From assembly GCA_965202785.1 (NCBI GenBank), contig OZ241855.1, positions 768,001 through 832,000 on the forward strand: 64,000 nucleotides of DNA, read 5' to 3'. The first letter of the stretch is position 1; each line of letters opens with the position of its first letter. Positions 38,990 through 48,544 of this stretch are shown here, in pieces. Position numbers and translations under genes: made by a program. Under the pieces are notes generated by a model that did no database searches, was not told the origin of the DNA, and worked only from the letters and a program-made list of their open reading frames with translations. The DNA comes from Thermodesulfobacteriota bacterium (GTDB lineage: Bacteria > Desulfobacterota_D > UBA1144 > Nemesobacterales > Nemesobacteraceae).

Positions 38990-39430
38990 CCGAGAAAAGC
39001 CTGCAGGTGGAAATGATTTTTCACGTTTAGAACCGAGTTGGCCTTCGGTTGTTGCGTGAATATGTGTGGGTGGGTTGCACTCCCCAGCAGTTCAATATTT
39101 TTAATCATAGGGGTGTTTCTTATGTCAAATGGAAAAGGAGATGTGGATCCTTTTCAGTCCGCGGTAGCACCTGCAAGCGCCGAAGTTCCTTCAGATTCCG
39201 ATGCTCCCTCGGGGGAAGTGGACCCTTTTCAGTCCGCGGTAACATCTACGAGTGCTGAGGCTCCTTCAGATTCTGATGCTGCCCCGGTTGAAGTGGATCC
39301 TTTTCAGGCTCCGAAATCTTAACCGAGGAAAGTCTGCAGATAGAAATGATTTTTCACGTTTAGAACCGAGTTAGCCTTCGGTTGTTGCGTGAATATGTCG
39401 GAGTGGATTATTCTTGCCAGCAATTCAATT
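38987..39430. repeat. Direct repeat at 333-bp offset (38987-~39096 vs 39320-~39430), part of a tandem duplication
   Basis: The 56-nt core 39010-39065 matches 39343-39398 with one mismatch; the second copy is the 3' end of the BtuF-like gene. Confidence 0.9.
39038..39322 (+). CDS. Second DPFQ-repeat protein (chimeric copy, possibly a pseudogene)
   Basis: IFLIIGVFLM TM remnant, then 75-nt repeats (VDPFQSAVAPASAEVPSDSDAPSGE x2 plus VDPFQAPKS); N-terminus is read from a duplicated antisense fragment. Confidence 0.5.
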   Translation: MAFGCCVNMCGWVALPSSSIFLIIGVFLMSNGKGDVDPFQSAVAPASAEVPSDSDAPSGEVDPFQSAVTSTSAEAPSDSDAAPVEVDPFQAPKS

Positions 39431-40263
39431 CCGTCAACGATCCGGGGTGACGGTCTGCTGAAATAGGAGTTGGCGTCCACTATGTAGCAGTGACCTTTTT
39501 TTACCGCGCGCAACGCGTGCCATTGCCTTACCTCGCTTGTCACATCCTCTATCCCATCAAGCGTTTTCTCTACGTCGAACCCGCAGGGCATCAGGATCAG
39601 GTAGTCAGGCGATGACTCGAGTATCTCATCCCAGGTTGTTTTAAACGAAGGTTCTCCCGCCCTTGAGATTAGCGGTTCTCCCCCTGCCGTTTTTACCATC
39701 TCCGGCACCCAGTGCCCGGCGGCGTAAGGAGGGTCGAGCCACTCAAGGCAGAAAACCCCCGGTCGGTACCTTTCTCCCGAGAGCTTTTTCTCGACGCTCT
39801 CGATTCTTTTGCGAAGACCATCTACGATCTGCGAGGCCTTTTCCTTGGTTCCGGTGATTTCTCCCAGAAGCAGTATGGAATCCATTACCTCCCCGACGGT
39901 GGAGGGCTCGAGAGACAGTATTTCGGGGCTGTTCTCAAGAATCTCGCAAACTTCCGTTACCTCGTTTTCGGATACGGCGCAGACATCGCAGAGTCCCTGG
40001 GTTATGATAAGGTCCGGTTTTATCTCCCTAAGGCGCTCCGAGTCGATCAGGTAGACGCTTTTCCCTTCAGAGCGGCTTCGGCTTACAAGTTCGTCTATGT
40101 GCGCGCTTGAGAGCTTTTCCTTGAGAATGCTGTTTACGACCACGGGCTTGCTGCGTGCTTGGGGCGGATAATCGCATTCGTGGGTTACTGCGACCAGGTC
40201 CTCCTCAAGTCCGAGGGCAAATACTATCTCGGTTGAACTGGGAAGAAGCGAACATATTCTCAT
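39319..40263 (-). CDS. BtuF-like cobalamin/iron-chelate substrate-binding family protein, no signal peptide
   Basis: Motifs MRICSLLPSSTEIV, VTHECDYP, TQGLCDVCAV, LEWLDPP, AGHWVPEM, PCGF and FSRPSPR. Confidence 0.85.
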   Translation of the reverse strand: MRICSLLPSSTEIVFALGLEEDLVAVTHECDYPPQARSKPVVVNSILKEKLSSAHIDELVSRSRSEGKSVYLIDSERLREIKPDLIITQGLCDVCAVSENEVTEVCEILENSPEILSLEPSTVGEVMDSILLLGEITGTKEKASQIVDGLRKRIESVEKKLSGERYRPGVFCLEWLDPPYAAGHWVPEMVKTAGGEPLISRAGEPSFKTTWDEILESSPDYLILMPCGFDVEKTLDGIEDVTSEVRQWHALRAVKKGHCYIVDANSYFSRPSPRIVDGIELLARIIHSDIFTQQPKANSVLNVKNHFYLQTFLG

Positions 40264-40352
40264 GGCAGTTATTATACAATCCACTGGGAAAGATCCCCAA
40301 GTCCTTCGGCGGCATTTCTTTTTTTGCCGCTCCGGCGTGTAAAATAGTATCC

Positions 40353-41756
40353 GTGAAGATCGTAACAAGATTCGCTCCCAGCCCCACCGGTGCTCTTCAT
40401 GTGGGAGCGGCCCGGACCGCCATTTTCAATTGGCTTTTTTCTGCGAGTCTCGGCGGAGATTTCCTGCTCAGAATCGAGGATACCGACCGCGCGCGCTCCG
40501 AGGAGAAATTCGAGCGGCAGATTATCGAATCTCTTAAGTGGCTCGGGCTTGAGTGGCAGGGGGAAATCGTCCGGCAGTCAGGGCGGCTTGCCGATTACGG
40601 TCGGCTTGCCGAGCGGCTCATTGACGAGGACAAGGCCTACAGATGCTACGTTACTGCCGAGGAGCTCGGGAGAAGAAGGGAAGAGGCTGGGGAGAAAGGA
40701 GAGGTCTTCAGGTACAGAAGAGAGTGGTCGCAGGTCGGCGCGGCTCCTGGGAAACCTTACGCTGTAAGGCTTTCTGTGCTCCCCGGAGAGAAGATTTCCG
40801 TTGAGGACCTTGTCCGCGGCGGGATAGTTTTTGACTCTTCTGAAATAGAAGACTTCGTGATACTGAAAGCCGACGGATTTCCGACCTACAATTTCGCCGC
40901 GGCGGTTGATGACGCGCAGATGGATATATCTCACGTCATAAGGGGCGATGACCACATAATAAACGCTCCGAGGCAGATACTGATAGCCGAAGCACTCGGC
41001 TTCTCAAAGCCAAAGCTCGCCCATGTTCCTATGATACTCGGCGCGGACGGAAAAAAACTCTCGAAGCGCCACGGTGCGGAATCCGTTACGGAGTACCGAC
41101 TGCGCGGATATCTTCCGGAAGCGGTGCTTAATTATCTCGTGAGGCTGGGCTGGTCTTTTGGGGATCAGGAGATCTTCACAAAGCAGGAACTTGTTGAAAA
41201 ATTCAGCCTGAAAGGCATCGGAAAATCTCCCTCGGTGTTTGATCCTCAGAAATTTCTCTGGCTTAACGGAAAATACTTAAGGGACCTGCCCGAGGAGAGT
41301 ATATCAGAGAAAATAGCTCCTCTTGTCACGCAAAAGGGACTTCCCCAGCCGTCTTCCGAGCGGCTTTGTAAAATAGTCGCGCAGATGCGCGAGCGCTCAG
41401 AGACTCTTAACGCAATAGTGGATCAGTCTCTTTACTTTTTCACCGACGATTTCGAGTACGACGAAAAGGCGGCGGAAAAGTTCTTGGTGGAGCGAAACGG
41501 CGAGATTTTCATGCTTCTGGCCGAGGAACTCTCCGGCGTAGAGGATTTTTCCCATGATAATATTCACGGGGGTTTCGAGCGCGTGATGAAGCGAACTGGC
41601 CTTGGGCTTGGGAAAATAGCTCAGCCCGCCAGGGTTGCCCTTACCGGTTCGACGAAGAGTCCCGGGATCTTCGATGTTGTTGAGATACTGGGCAAAGACA
41701 CCGTCGCGCTGCGCCTCGCAAGGGCAATTGACTTTATAAGCTCCCGCATTGCCTGA
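40353..41756 (+). CDS. gltX: Glutamate--tRNA ligase
   Basis: RFAPSPTG, HVGA (HIGH), RIEDTD and KLSKR (KMSKS); GTG start at 40353. Confidence 0.96.
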   Translation: MKIVTRFAPSPTGALHVGAARTAIFNWLFSASLGGDFLLRIEDTDRARSEEKFERQIIESLKWLGLEWQGEIVRQSGRLADYGRLAERLIDEDKAYRCYVTAEELGRRREEAGEKGEVFRYRREWSQVGAAPGKPYAVRLSVLPGEKISVEDLVRGGIVFDSSEIEDFVILKADGFPTYNFAAAVDDAQMDISHVIRGDDHIINAPRQILIAEALGFSKPKLAHVPMILGADGKKLSKRHGAESVTEYRLRGYLPEAVLNYLVRLGWSFGDQEIFTKQELVEKFSLKGIGKSPSVFDPQKFLWLNGKYLRDLPEESISEKIAPLVTQKGLPQPSSERLCKIVAQMRERSETLNAIVDQSLYFFTDDFEYDEKAAEKFLVERNGEIFMLLAEELSGVEDFSHDNIHGGFERVMKRTGLGLGKIAQPARVALTGSTKSPGIFDVVEILGKDTVALRLARAIDFISSRIA

Positions 41757-41758
41757 AG

Positions 41759-42361
41759 ATGAAGATATACGGGCTTACAGGAAATATAGGTTCGGGAAAA
41801 TCGACTGTGGCGGGGATGCTGCGCGAGTTCGGGGCGTTCACCGTGGATGCGGACGAGGTGGCGAGGGAAATCGTGCGGCCAGGAGAGCCTGCGCTTTCGG
41901 AAATCGTCGACTGTTTTGGCCGGGAGGTTCTCAGCGCTGACGGGACGCTTGACCGCGGCGCCCTTGCCGAAATAGTGTTTGCAAACGAGCGGGACCGCAA
42001 GCGGCTTAACAGGATAACCCACCCGAGGATTCTTGAGCGGATAAAGGAGAAGATATCCGCCCGGGGCGGCGAACCGATTGTGTTTGTTGAGGCGTCGCTT
42101 ATAGATCGCGGAAGCGGTGGTCTTGATGACCTAATCGACGGTCTGGTGGTAGTTACGTGTCCCGAGGAATTGAGGGAGCGCAGAGTGGCTGTCCGTGATG
42201 GCATGCCGCCTGGGGAAATCCGCCGCCGCATGGACTCCCAGATACCCGAAGAGGAGAAGGCCGCTCAGGCCGATTTTCTGATAAAAAACTCCTCCGGCAT
42301 GGAGAGTCTGCGTGCCCAAGTCCGTGCTCTGTTCGAGGCTCTTTGCGCTGCGGAACCTTGA
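41759..42361 (+). CDS. coaE: Dephospho-CoA kinase
   Basis: Motifs GLTGNIGSGKST, DADEVAR, LDRGAL and ITHPRI. Confidence 0.96.
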   Translation: MKIYGLTGNIGSGKSTVAGMLREFGAFTVDADEVAREIVRPGEPALSEIVDCFGREVLSADGTLDRGALAEIVFANERDRKRLNRITHPRILERIKEKISARGGEPIVFVEASLIDRGSGGLDDLIDGLVVVTCPEELRERRVAVRDGMPPGEIRRRMDSQIPEEEKAAQADFLIKNSSGMESLRAQVRALFEALCAAEP

Positions 42362-42429
42362 AACGGCGCCTCTGCGTGTTATGATTCACTGATCCGTTTT
42401 CAACTGTGAGTGGGTCTGGAGTACATCCG

Positions 42430-43974
42430 ATGAAAGAAAAAGTCAGAATTCTTGAAGATAAGGAAAAAGAGGCAAATCTGGGTGGTGGGGAAGCCAGAAT
42501 CAAAAGACAGCATGATTCCGGCAAACACACGGCTCGCGAGCGAATAGCCGAACTTCTTGACAGGGATACTTTCGTTGAACTTGACAAGTTTGTCCTGCAC
42601 GGCTGCACGGACTTCGGCATGGAAAAAAAGAGAATCCTCGGCGACGGCGTGGTTACGGGCTACGGAAAGATTGAGGGACGCCAGGTGTTTGTCTACGCTC
42701 AGGATTTCACGGTTTTCGGAGGTTCCCTGGGTCTCGAACAGGGAAAGAAGATATGCAAGATAATGGATCTTGCGCTTTCAACCGGGGCGCCGATCATTGG
42801 GCTTAACGATTCCGGCGGGGCGAGAATCCAGGAAGGGGTAAAGAGTCTCGGCGCGTACGGAGAGATATTTCTTCGAAACGTGATTTCCTCGGGAGTCATA
42901 CCTCAGATATCCGCGATCATGGGTCCGTGCGCCGGGGGCGCAGTTTACTCCCCGGTAATGAACGATTTTACGATCATGTCGAAAGGAGCAAGCTACATGT
43001 TCGTTACGGGCCCCGACGTGATCAAGACCGTTACCCATGAAGAGGTCTCCTCAGAAGAACTCGGCGGCGCCATGGTTCACAATTCTGTAAGCGGCGTCGC
43101 GCATTTCGCCTCGGAGGATGACGACGACTCAATAGAGATAATAAAGGAACTCCTCGGTTTTCTCCCCTCAAACAACATGGAGGACCCGCCGGTTATTCCC
43201 TGTGATGACCCCGCGGACAGAAAAGAGACGAGCCTTCGCGGGCTTATCCCCGATAACCCCAACAAGCCTTATGACATACTGGATGTGGTTCGGCCCATAG
43301 TCGACCATTCGTATTTCTTTGAGGTGCAAGAGCACTACGCAAAGAACATAGTGATAGGATTTGCGAGGATGAACGGGCAGCCGGTCGGCGTAGTTGGAAA
43401 CCAGCCCAAGGTACTTGCGGGATGTCTTGACATAGACGCTTCGGTTAAGGCTGCCAGATTCGTAAGGTTCTGCGATGCCTTCAATATTCCTCTCCTTACC
43501 TTTGTCGACGTACCGGGTTTTCTCCCGGGAACCTCGCAGGAGTGGGGAGGAATCATAAGGCACGGCGCGAAACTGCTTTACGCCTACTGCGAGGCAACGG
43601 TTCCGAGAATTACCGTGATAACCAGAAAAGCCTACGGAGGTGCTTACGACGTCATGTCCTCGAAACATATAAGAGGAGACGTGAACCTTGCCTATCCCAC
43701 CGCGGAAATCGCGGTCATGGGACCTGACGGGGCCGTAAACATAATTTCCCGGGGGGAAATAGCCGCTGCGGACGACCCGGACACAGAGAGAATCAGGCTT
43801 ATTGAGGAGTACAAGAAGAATTTCGCGAATCCTTACCGCGCTGCGAGCTTGGGTTACATAGACGAGGTCATAAAACCCGAGGACACGAGACCCAGAGTGA
43901 TAGCGGCGCTTGAGATGCTGAACGGAAAAAGACAGACACTTCCGCCGAAAAAGCACGGGAACATTCCCCTCTGA
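42430..43974 (+). CDS. pccB: Acyl-CoA (propionyl-CoA-type) carboxylase, carboxyltransferase subunit
   Basis: Motifs [39 protein letters not shown] and KAYGGAY; C-terminal KKHGNIPL. Confidence 0.9.
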   Translation: MKEKVRILEDKEKEANLGGGEARIKRQHDSGKHTARERIAELLDRDTFVELDKFVLHGCTDFGMEKKRILGDGVVTGYGKIEGRQVFVYAQDFTVFGGSLGLEQGKKICKIMDLALSTGAPIIGLNDSGGARIQEGVKSLGAYGEIFLRNVISSGVIPQISAIMGPCAGGAVYSPVMNDFTIMSKGASYMFVTGPDVIKTVTHEEVSSEELGGAMVHNSVSGVAHFASEDDDDSIEIIKELLGFLPSNNMEDPPVIPCDDPADRKETSLRGLIPDNPNKPYDILDVVRPIVDHSYFFEVQEHYAKNIVIGFARMNGQPVGVVGNQPKVLAGCLDIDASVKAARFVRFCDAFNIPLLTFVDVPGFLPGTSQEWGGIIRHGAKLLYAYCEATVPRITVITRKAYGGAYDVMSSKHIRGDVNLAYPTAEIAVMGPDGAVNIISRGEIAAADDPDTERIRLIEEYKKNFANPYRAASLGYIDEVIKPEDTRPRVIAALEMLNGKRQTLPPKKHGNIPL

Positions 43975-43990
43975 ACGGTCGGGTGAGAAA

Positions 43991-45487
43991 ATGTTCAAAA
44001 AAATACTGATAGCAAACAGGGGAGAGATAGCGGTAAGAATCATCAGGGCGTGCCGGGAACTTGGAATCGCTACGGTGGCAGTTTATTCAGACGCTGACAG
44101 AGACGCTCTTCACGTTATGCTCGCGGATGAGGCTTACCATATAGGAGCGTCGAAACCCTCTGAGAGCTACTTGGCAGGGGAGAAGGTAGTTGCGGCCGCC
44201 AAGAAATCCGGGGCCGAAGCAATACACCCGGGGTTCGGATTTCTTTCCGAAAACGATTCCTTCGCCGAGCTGTGCGAGAAAGAGGGCGTGGTTTTCATAG
44301 GGCCTTCCGCGGAAGCGATAAGGCTTATGGGGGATAAAGTAACCGCGAGGAAGATAGCCAGAGAAGCGAACCTACCCCTTGTTCCCGGGTCCGAGGGAGC
44401 CGTATCAGATGTTGAAGCTTCCAGGGTGGCGAAGAAAATTGGCTACCCGGTGATGATAAAGGCTTCTGCGGGCGGGGGCGGAAAGGGGATGAGACTCGTT
44501 AATTCCAAGGAGGAATTCGAATCGTCCCTTCGTATGGCCAGGAGCGAGGCGTTCTCCTCTTTCGGAGACGATTCCGTATTCATAGAAAAATTCATTCAGA
44601 AACCGAGACACGTCGAAGTCCAGGTTCTCGGAGACAGGCACGGAAACCTGCTGCATCTGTTCGAGCGCGAATGCTCGATACAGAGACGCCACCAGAAGGT
44701 GATAGAGGAAGCTCCCTCGGGATTCATAAGCCAGAAAACGAGAAAAAACATGTGCGAAGTCGCACTTCGCATAGCAAAAGCGGTTGACTATTTCGGGGCC
44801 GGCACGGTCGAGTTCATAATGGACCAGGAGGAGAATTTCTATTTTCTGGAAATGAACACCAGGGTGCAGGTCGAGCACCCGGTCACGGAAATGATCACGG
44901 GAATCGATATAGTGAAATGGATGATAAGGATAGCTTCGGGGGAAAAACTGCCTTTCAAGCAGTCTGCCATAAAAATGCAGGGCCATGCTCTTGAATGCAG
45001 GGTTTACGCGGAGGACCCCGCCACCAATTTTCTTCCCTCGCCAGGACCCCTTCACTACGTCCGTGCTCCCAGCGGTCCGGGAGTGAGGGATGATTCATCC
45101 GTCTACAGCGGCTGCGAGATAACGTCTTTTTACGATCCGATGCTCTCAAAGCTTGTCGTCTGGGGAAATTCCCGGGAGGATGCGGTAGACAGGATGCTTT
45201 CCGCTCTAAGGGAATACGTGGTTCTGGGAGTGCGAACCAATCTCGGATTTCTGATCAGAATGATGCGGGATCCGGAGTTCCGCAAGGCGCAGATTGACAC
45301 AGGCTTTATAGAGAGACATCCAGAACTTCTGGTGCCCGAGGAATCTGATCCTGAACTCATACTCATGGCCGCCGCCGTCGCCATGAACGGTGGCTCGAAC
45401 CAGGTTGTGCAGGGGAAAACCGCCACTTCTTCGAGCTGGAAGCTTTTTGCCAGAAGGGTCGGCGTATCCGGGAATCCGCTGTTATGA
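43991..45487 (+). CDS. Biotin carboxylase subunit of acyl-CoA carboxylase
   Basis: Motifs IANRGEIA, HPGFGFLSEN, GGGGKGMR, RECSIQRRHQK and EMNTRVQVEH. Confidence 0.95.
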   Translation: MFKKILIANRGEIAVRIIRACRELGIATVAVYSDADRDALHVMLADEAYHIGASKPSESYLAGEKVVAAAKKSGAEAIHPGFGFLSENDSFAELCEKEGVVFIGPSAEAIRLMGDKVTARKIAREANLPLVPGSEGAVSDVEASRVAKKIGYPVMIKASAGGGGKGMRLVNSKEEFESSLRMARSEAFSSFGDDSVFIEKFIQKPRHVEVQVLGDRHGNLLHLFERECSIQRRHQKVIEEAPSGFISQKTRKNMCEVALRIAKAVDYFGAGTVEFIMDQEENFYFLEMNTRVQVEHPVTEMITGIDIVKWMIRIASGEKLPFKQSAIKMQGHALECRVYAEDPATNFLPSPGPLHYVRAPSGPGVRDDSSVYSGCEITSFYDPMLSKLVVWGNSREDAVDRMLSALREYVVLGVRTNLGFLIRMMRDPEFRKAQIDTGFIERHPELLVPEESDPELILMAAAVAMNGGSNQVVQGKTATSSSWKLFARRVGVSGNPLL

Positions 45488-45975
45488 CTTATACTTTCAA
45501 ACTGGGAAACAAAACCTATAGGGTAGGTTTCGAAGAGAAGGAAGGACTGAGCCTTTTCAGCATAGACGATGAGCAGAAGGAATTAGAATTTCTGCGTATA
45601 GACGAAAACACCTATTCGATCCTGGTTGACAACAAGAGCATCACCGTAGGGATATTCAGGGAAGGAAAGAAAATACAGATTTTCCACGAAGGTGATCTCT
45701 ACGAACTGGAGGCCGTTTCCGGAAGGGACGCTTCCCAGGCAGAAGGCACGGGGAGTCTTAACATAACGGCGCCTATGCACAGCAGGGTAGTGAAGATCCT
45801 TAAGAAACAGGGAGACAGCGTCGAGGTTGGGGACAGCGTCATAGTGGTTGAAGCGATGAAGATGGAAAGCGAGCTTAAAGCCTCTGCCTCGGGCACCATA
45901 AAGGAAATAAGGGTTAAAGAAGGGGATACGGTTGAGAAGGACTCTGTTCTGGTTGCCCTTTCCGATAGTGAATAA
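45484..45975 (+). CDS. Biotin carboxyl carrier subunit
   Basis: EAMKME biotinylation motif; ATGA overlap with the biotin carboxylase gene. Confidence 0.92.
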   Translation: MTYTFKLGNKTYRVGFEEKEGLSLFSIDDEQKELEFLRIDENTYSILVDNKSITVGIFREGKKIQIFHEGDLYELEAVSGRDASQAEGTGSLNITAPMHSRVVKILKKQGDSVEVGDSVIVVEAMKMESELKASASGTIKEIRVKEGDTVEKDSVLVALSDSE

Positions 45976-46001
45976 TCATCAGAAAGTGAGGTTGTTTTAA
46001 A

Positions 46002-47174
46002 GTGAAAAAAGTAGCTACGCTTTTGTTTTTTGCCGTGGTGGCCGCGGCTGCGGTCCTCGGTCTTGTTTCCTGCGGCGAGGATAGCGACGAGGAGATTGCA
46101 GTCGGCGTCGCCTTTCCCCTTACGGGAGTGTCAGAGGGGCTCGGGGATAACATGAAAAAAGGCGTCGAACTCGCCATAGAGGAGATCAACGCGTCGGCGC
46201 TTCTCGGCGGGACGGATCTCCGACCGGTTTTTGAGGATACCGAAGGCACCCCGGACGGTGCTGAGAGGGCTTTCAGGAAGCTTATCGGTGAGGACGCCGT
46301 GAGTGCGATAATCGGTCCGTGGAGTTCCAGCTCGACGAAAGAAATCGCCCCGCTTGCGAACGAAAGCGAGGTGGTGGCCATAAGTCCGACCTCCGCCGCG
46401 AGTCCAAGCGGGATCACCGCTCCCGGCGATTTCATATTCCGTACTTCCCTTAGCGTGGACAAAATGGTGCCCGAAGGAATAAGGAAAACCAAAGACGCTC
46501 TGGGGTATTCAAAAGCGGCGACCATAGTCAACCAAGCCGACACTTTCTCCGTGAGCAGCAACAAGAAGGTGCTTGAGGAACTCATGAGAAATGAGCACTC
46601 GGACGTTGAGGTCGTGACGAAGCAGACTTTCAGCCGCGAAAAGAATGCCGAGCTTCCCGATCTCACGGAGCAGTTAAGTGCCATAAGGGACTCGGGTGCG
46701 GACGTGGTATTCGTTTCGGCGCTTTCGCCGGGGCGCCAGGGGGTAATAGTCAGGGCCCGCGAGATGGGCATAACAGTTCCCCTGATCGTAATTGTGCTCA
46801 CGGAGACGGGCGTGGCGGAGGCCGAGAAGAAACTGGAGGGGTCGACCGAAGACGTTGTTACGATTACGAGCTGGGTAGGCGACAGCACGCCTCGGAGCGA
46901 GGATTTCGTCGGGAAATACAAGGCGAAATACAAAGAGGACCCCGATGCGTACTCGGCGCGCTCCTACGCTTCCACCCAAATACTGGCCGCCGCCATCGCA
47001 CGTGCTTCAACCCACAGTTCTGAGGATATAAGGGCGGCCCTGCAGATGATCGGTCCGGAATCCGCTCTGGACGACACTATTTTCGGGAAATTCTATTTCG
47101 ACGAGAACGGGGATGGGATCTACAGCCCCGTGGTAAGGATAGTCCGCGGCGGCAAGTTTGAAACCCTAGAGTAA
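46002..47174 (+). CDS. LivK-like (HAAT) ABC substrate-binding lipoprotein, copy 1
   Basis: Lipobox LVSC; motifs PLTG, AIEEIN, IIGPWSS and FYFDENGD. Confidence 0.9.
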   Translation: MKKVATLLFFAVVAAAAVLGLVSCGEDSDEEIAVGVAFPLTGVSEGLGDNMKKGVELAIEEINASALLGGTDLRPVFEDTEGTPDGAERAFRKLIGEDAVSAIIGPWSSSSTKEIAPLANESEVVAISPTSAASPSGITAPGDFIFRTSLSVDKMVPEGIRKTKDALGYSKAATIVNQADTFSVSSNKKVLEELMRNEHSDVEVVTKQTFSREKNAELPDLTEQLSAIRDSGADVVFVSALSPGRQGVIVRAREMGITVPLIVIVLTETGVAEAEKKLEGSTEDVVTITSWVGDSTPRSEDFVGKYKAKYKEDPDAYSARSYASTQILAAAIARASTHSSEDIRAALQMIGPESALDDTIFGKFYFDENGDGIYSPVVRIVRGGKFETLE

Positions 47175-47267
47175 TCTCGTTATTCAGGCCTGTCAGCACG
47201 GTTTTGATCCTGAGCGTTTGAACGGGTATCTTTCTTGGAGAATGGATGGCTGTCGGAGGACTTTAAC

Positions 47268-48416
47268 ATAAAAAAAGTAACTGCATTTATGTTTGCTGCC
47301 GGAGCCGTTGTGCTGCTGCTTCTCGGTTCTTTTTCCTGTGGCCAGAACGAAACCGAAGAGATTGAGGTCGGTGTTGTTGTTCCCCTTACCGGTCCGCTTT
47401 CCTCAAACGGCCTGCAGATGAAAAACGGCATGGAGCTTGCCCTTGGGGAAATTAACGGATCGCCACTGCTTGACGGAAAAGAAATCAGGTTCATAGTTGA
47501 GGATTCCGAGGGTACCCCAGACGGCGCCGAGAGAGCCTACAGAAAGCTTATTGAGCAGGATGGAGTGGTTGCCGTCCTTGGTCCTTTTACGTCGAGCGCC
47601 ACCGAAAGAATCATTCCGGTCGCGCAGCAAAACAAGGTTGTGGCTTTCAGTCCCACATCCGCGGCGCGCGGTCTCAGCGCCAGAAGCGAATTTGCCTTCC
47701 GTGCATCCCTCACCGTCGACCCGCTTGTGCAGGCTGGCGTTATGGTTACCAGAGAGCAGTTGCGTTACAATAACGTAGCCACGATAGTGAATGAAGCTGA
47801 TTCTTTTTCCTCAAGTAACCACGAAAAGGTAAAAGAGGAGCTTGAAAAGCATGGTGTCAGGATCGTGAGCGAGCAGGCTTATTCTCGACCAACCGGTGCA
47901 CTTCCCGACCTGACTAGCCAGTTAACCGACATAATAAATGCCGTCCCTCCACCCGAGGCTCTTTTCATATCAGCTCTGGCTCCAGGCCGCAGAGGAATTA
48001 TGGTTCAGGCGCGACGACTCGGAATGGATATGAATATTCCTTTTCTGATTACCCTGTCTACTCTGGATGACGTGAGCGAAGCTGCAGATGCGGCCGAGGG
48101 CGCGATTACCTTTACGACCTGGATTGCGGCTATTGACACACCCGAGAACCGCAAGTTTCTCAGGAATTACCGGGAAAAATACGACGGTGAACCCGACGCT
48201 TTTGCCGCACTATCCTATGCGGCTACCCACATATTGGCCGAAGCTATTGCCGACGCTTCTTCAACTAACCCGGAAGCCATACGCGATTCGATGGCCGATA
48301 TTAGGGCAGACACGCTCTTAGGCGAGTTCTATTTTGATCGCCACGGGGATGCGGTTTACGAACCGATTGTGGGAATAGTAGAAAACGGCATGTTTGAAGT
48401 TTTCGACCGACCATGA
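47268..48416 (+). CDS. LivK-like ABC substrate-binding lipoprotein, copy 2 (ATA at the expected start position)
   Basis: Colinear with copies 1 and 3; GGAGGA RBS, then ATA-AAA-AAA-GTA where the paralogs have GTG/ATG-AAA-AAA. Confidence 0.85.
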   Translation: MKKVTAFMFAAGAVVLLLLGSFSCGQNETEEIEVGVVVPLTGPLSSNGLQMKNGMELALGEINGSPLLDGKEIRFIVEDSEGTPDGAERAYRKLIEQDGVVAVLGPFTSSATERIIPVAQQNKVVAFSPTSAARGLSARSEFAFRASLTVDPLVQAGVMVTREQLRYNNVATIVNEADSFSSSNHEKVKEELEKHGVRIVSEQAYSRPTGALPDLTSQLTDIINAVPPPEALFISALAPGRRGIMVQARRLGMDMNIPFLITLSTLDDVSEAADAAEGAITFTTWIAAIDTPENRKFLRNYREKYDGEPDAFAALSYAATHILAEAIADASSTNPEAIRDSMADIRADTLLGEFYFDRHGDAVYEPIVGIVENGMFEVFDRP

Positions 48417-48544
48417 CCGGTTTGAGTCGGTTCAATAAGTTTGCCTTCAGGTGTTTAGTGGGGGGAGAGAGAACCTGAACACACATTCTTCTTAGTTGAC
48501 CCGTCCGTATGGCAAATGTCACCAGAAACAAAGGGGCACTTGAT

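Noticed and set aside
39143-39310. Regularly spaced GTGGA(T/C)CCTTTTCAG repeats as a possible CRISPR array
   Set aside because: The 75-nt period is in frame with a peptide repeat, the 'spacers' are homologous to each other, and there are no cas genes
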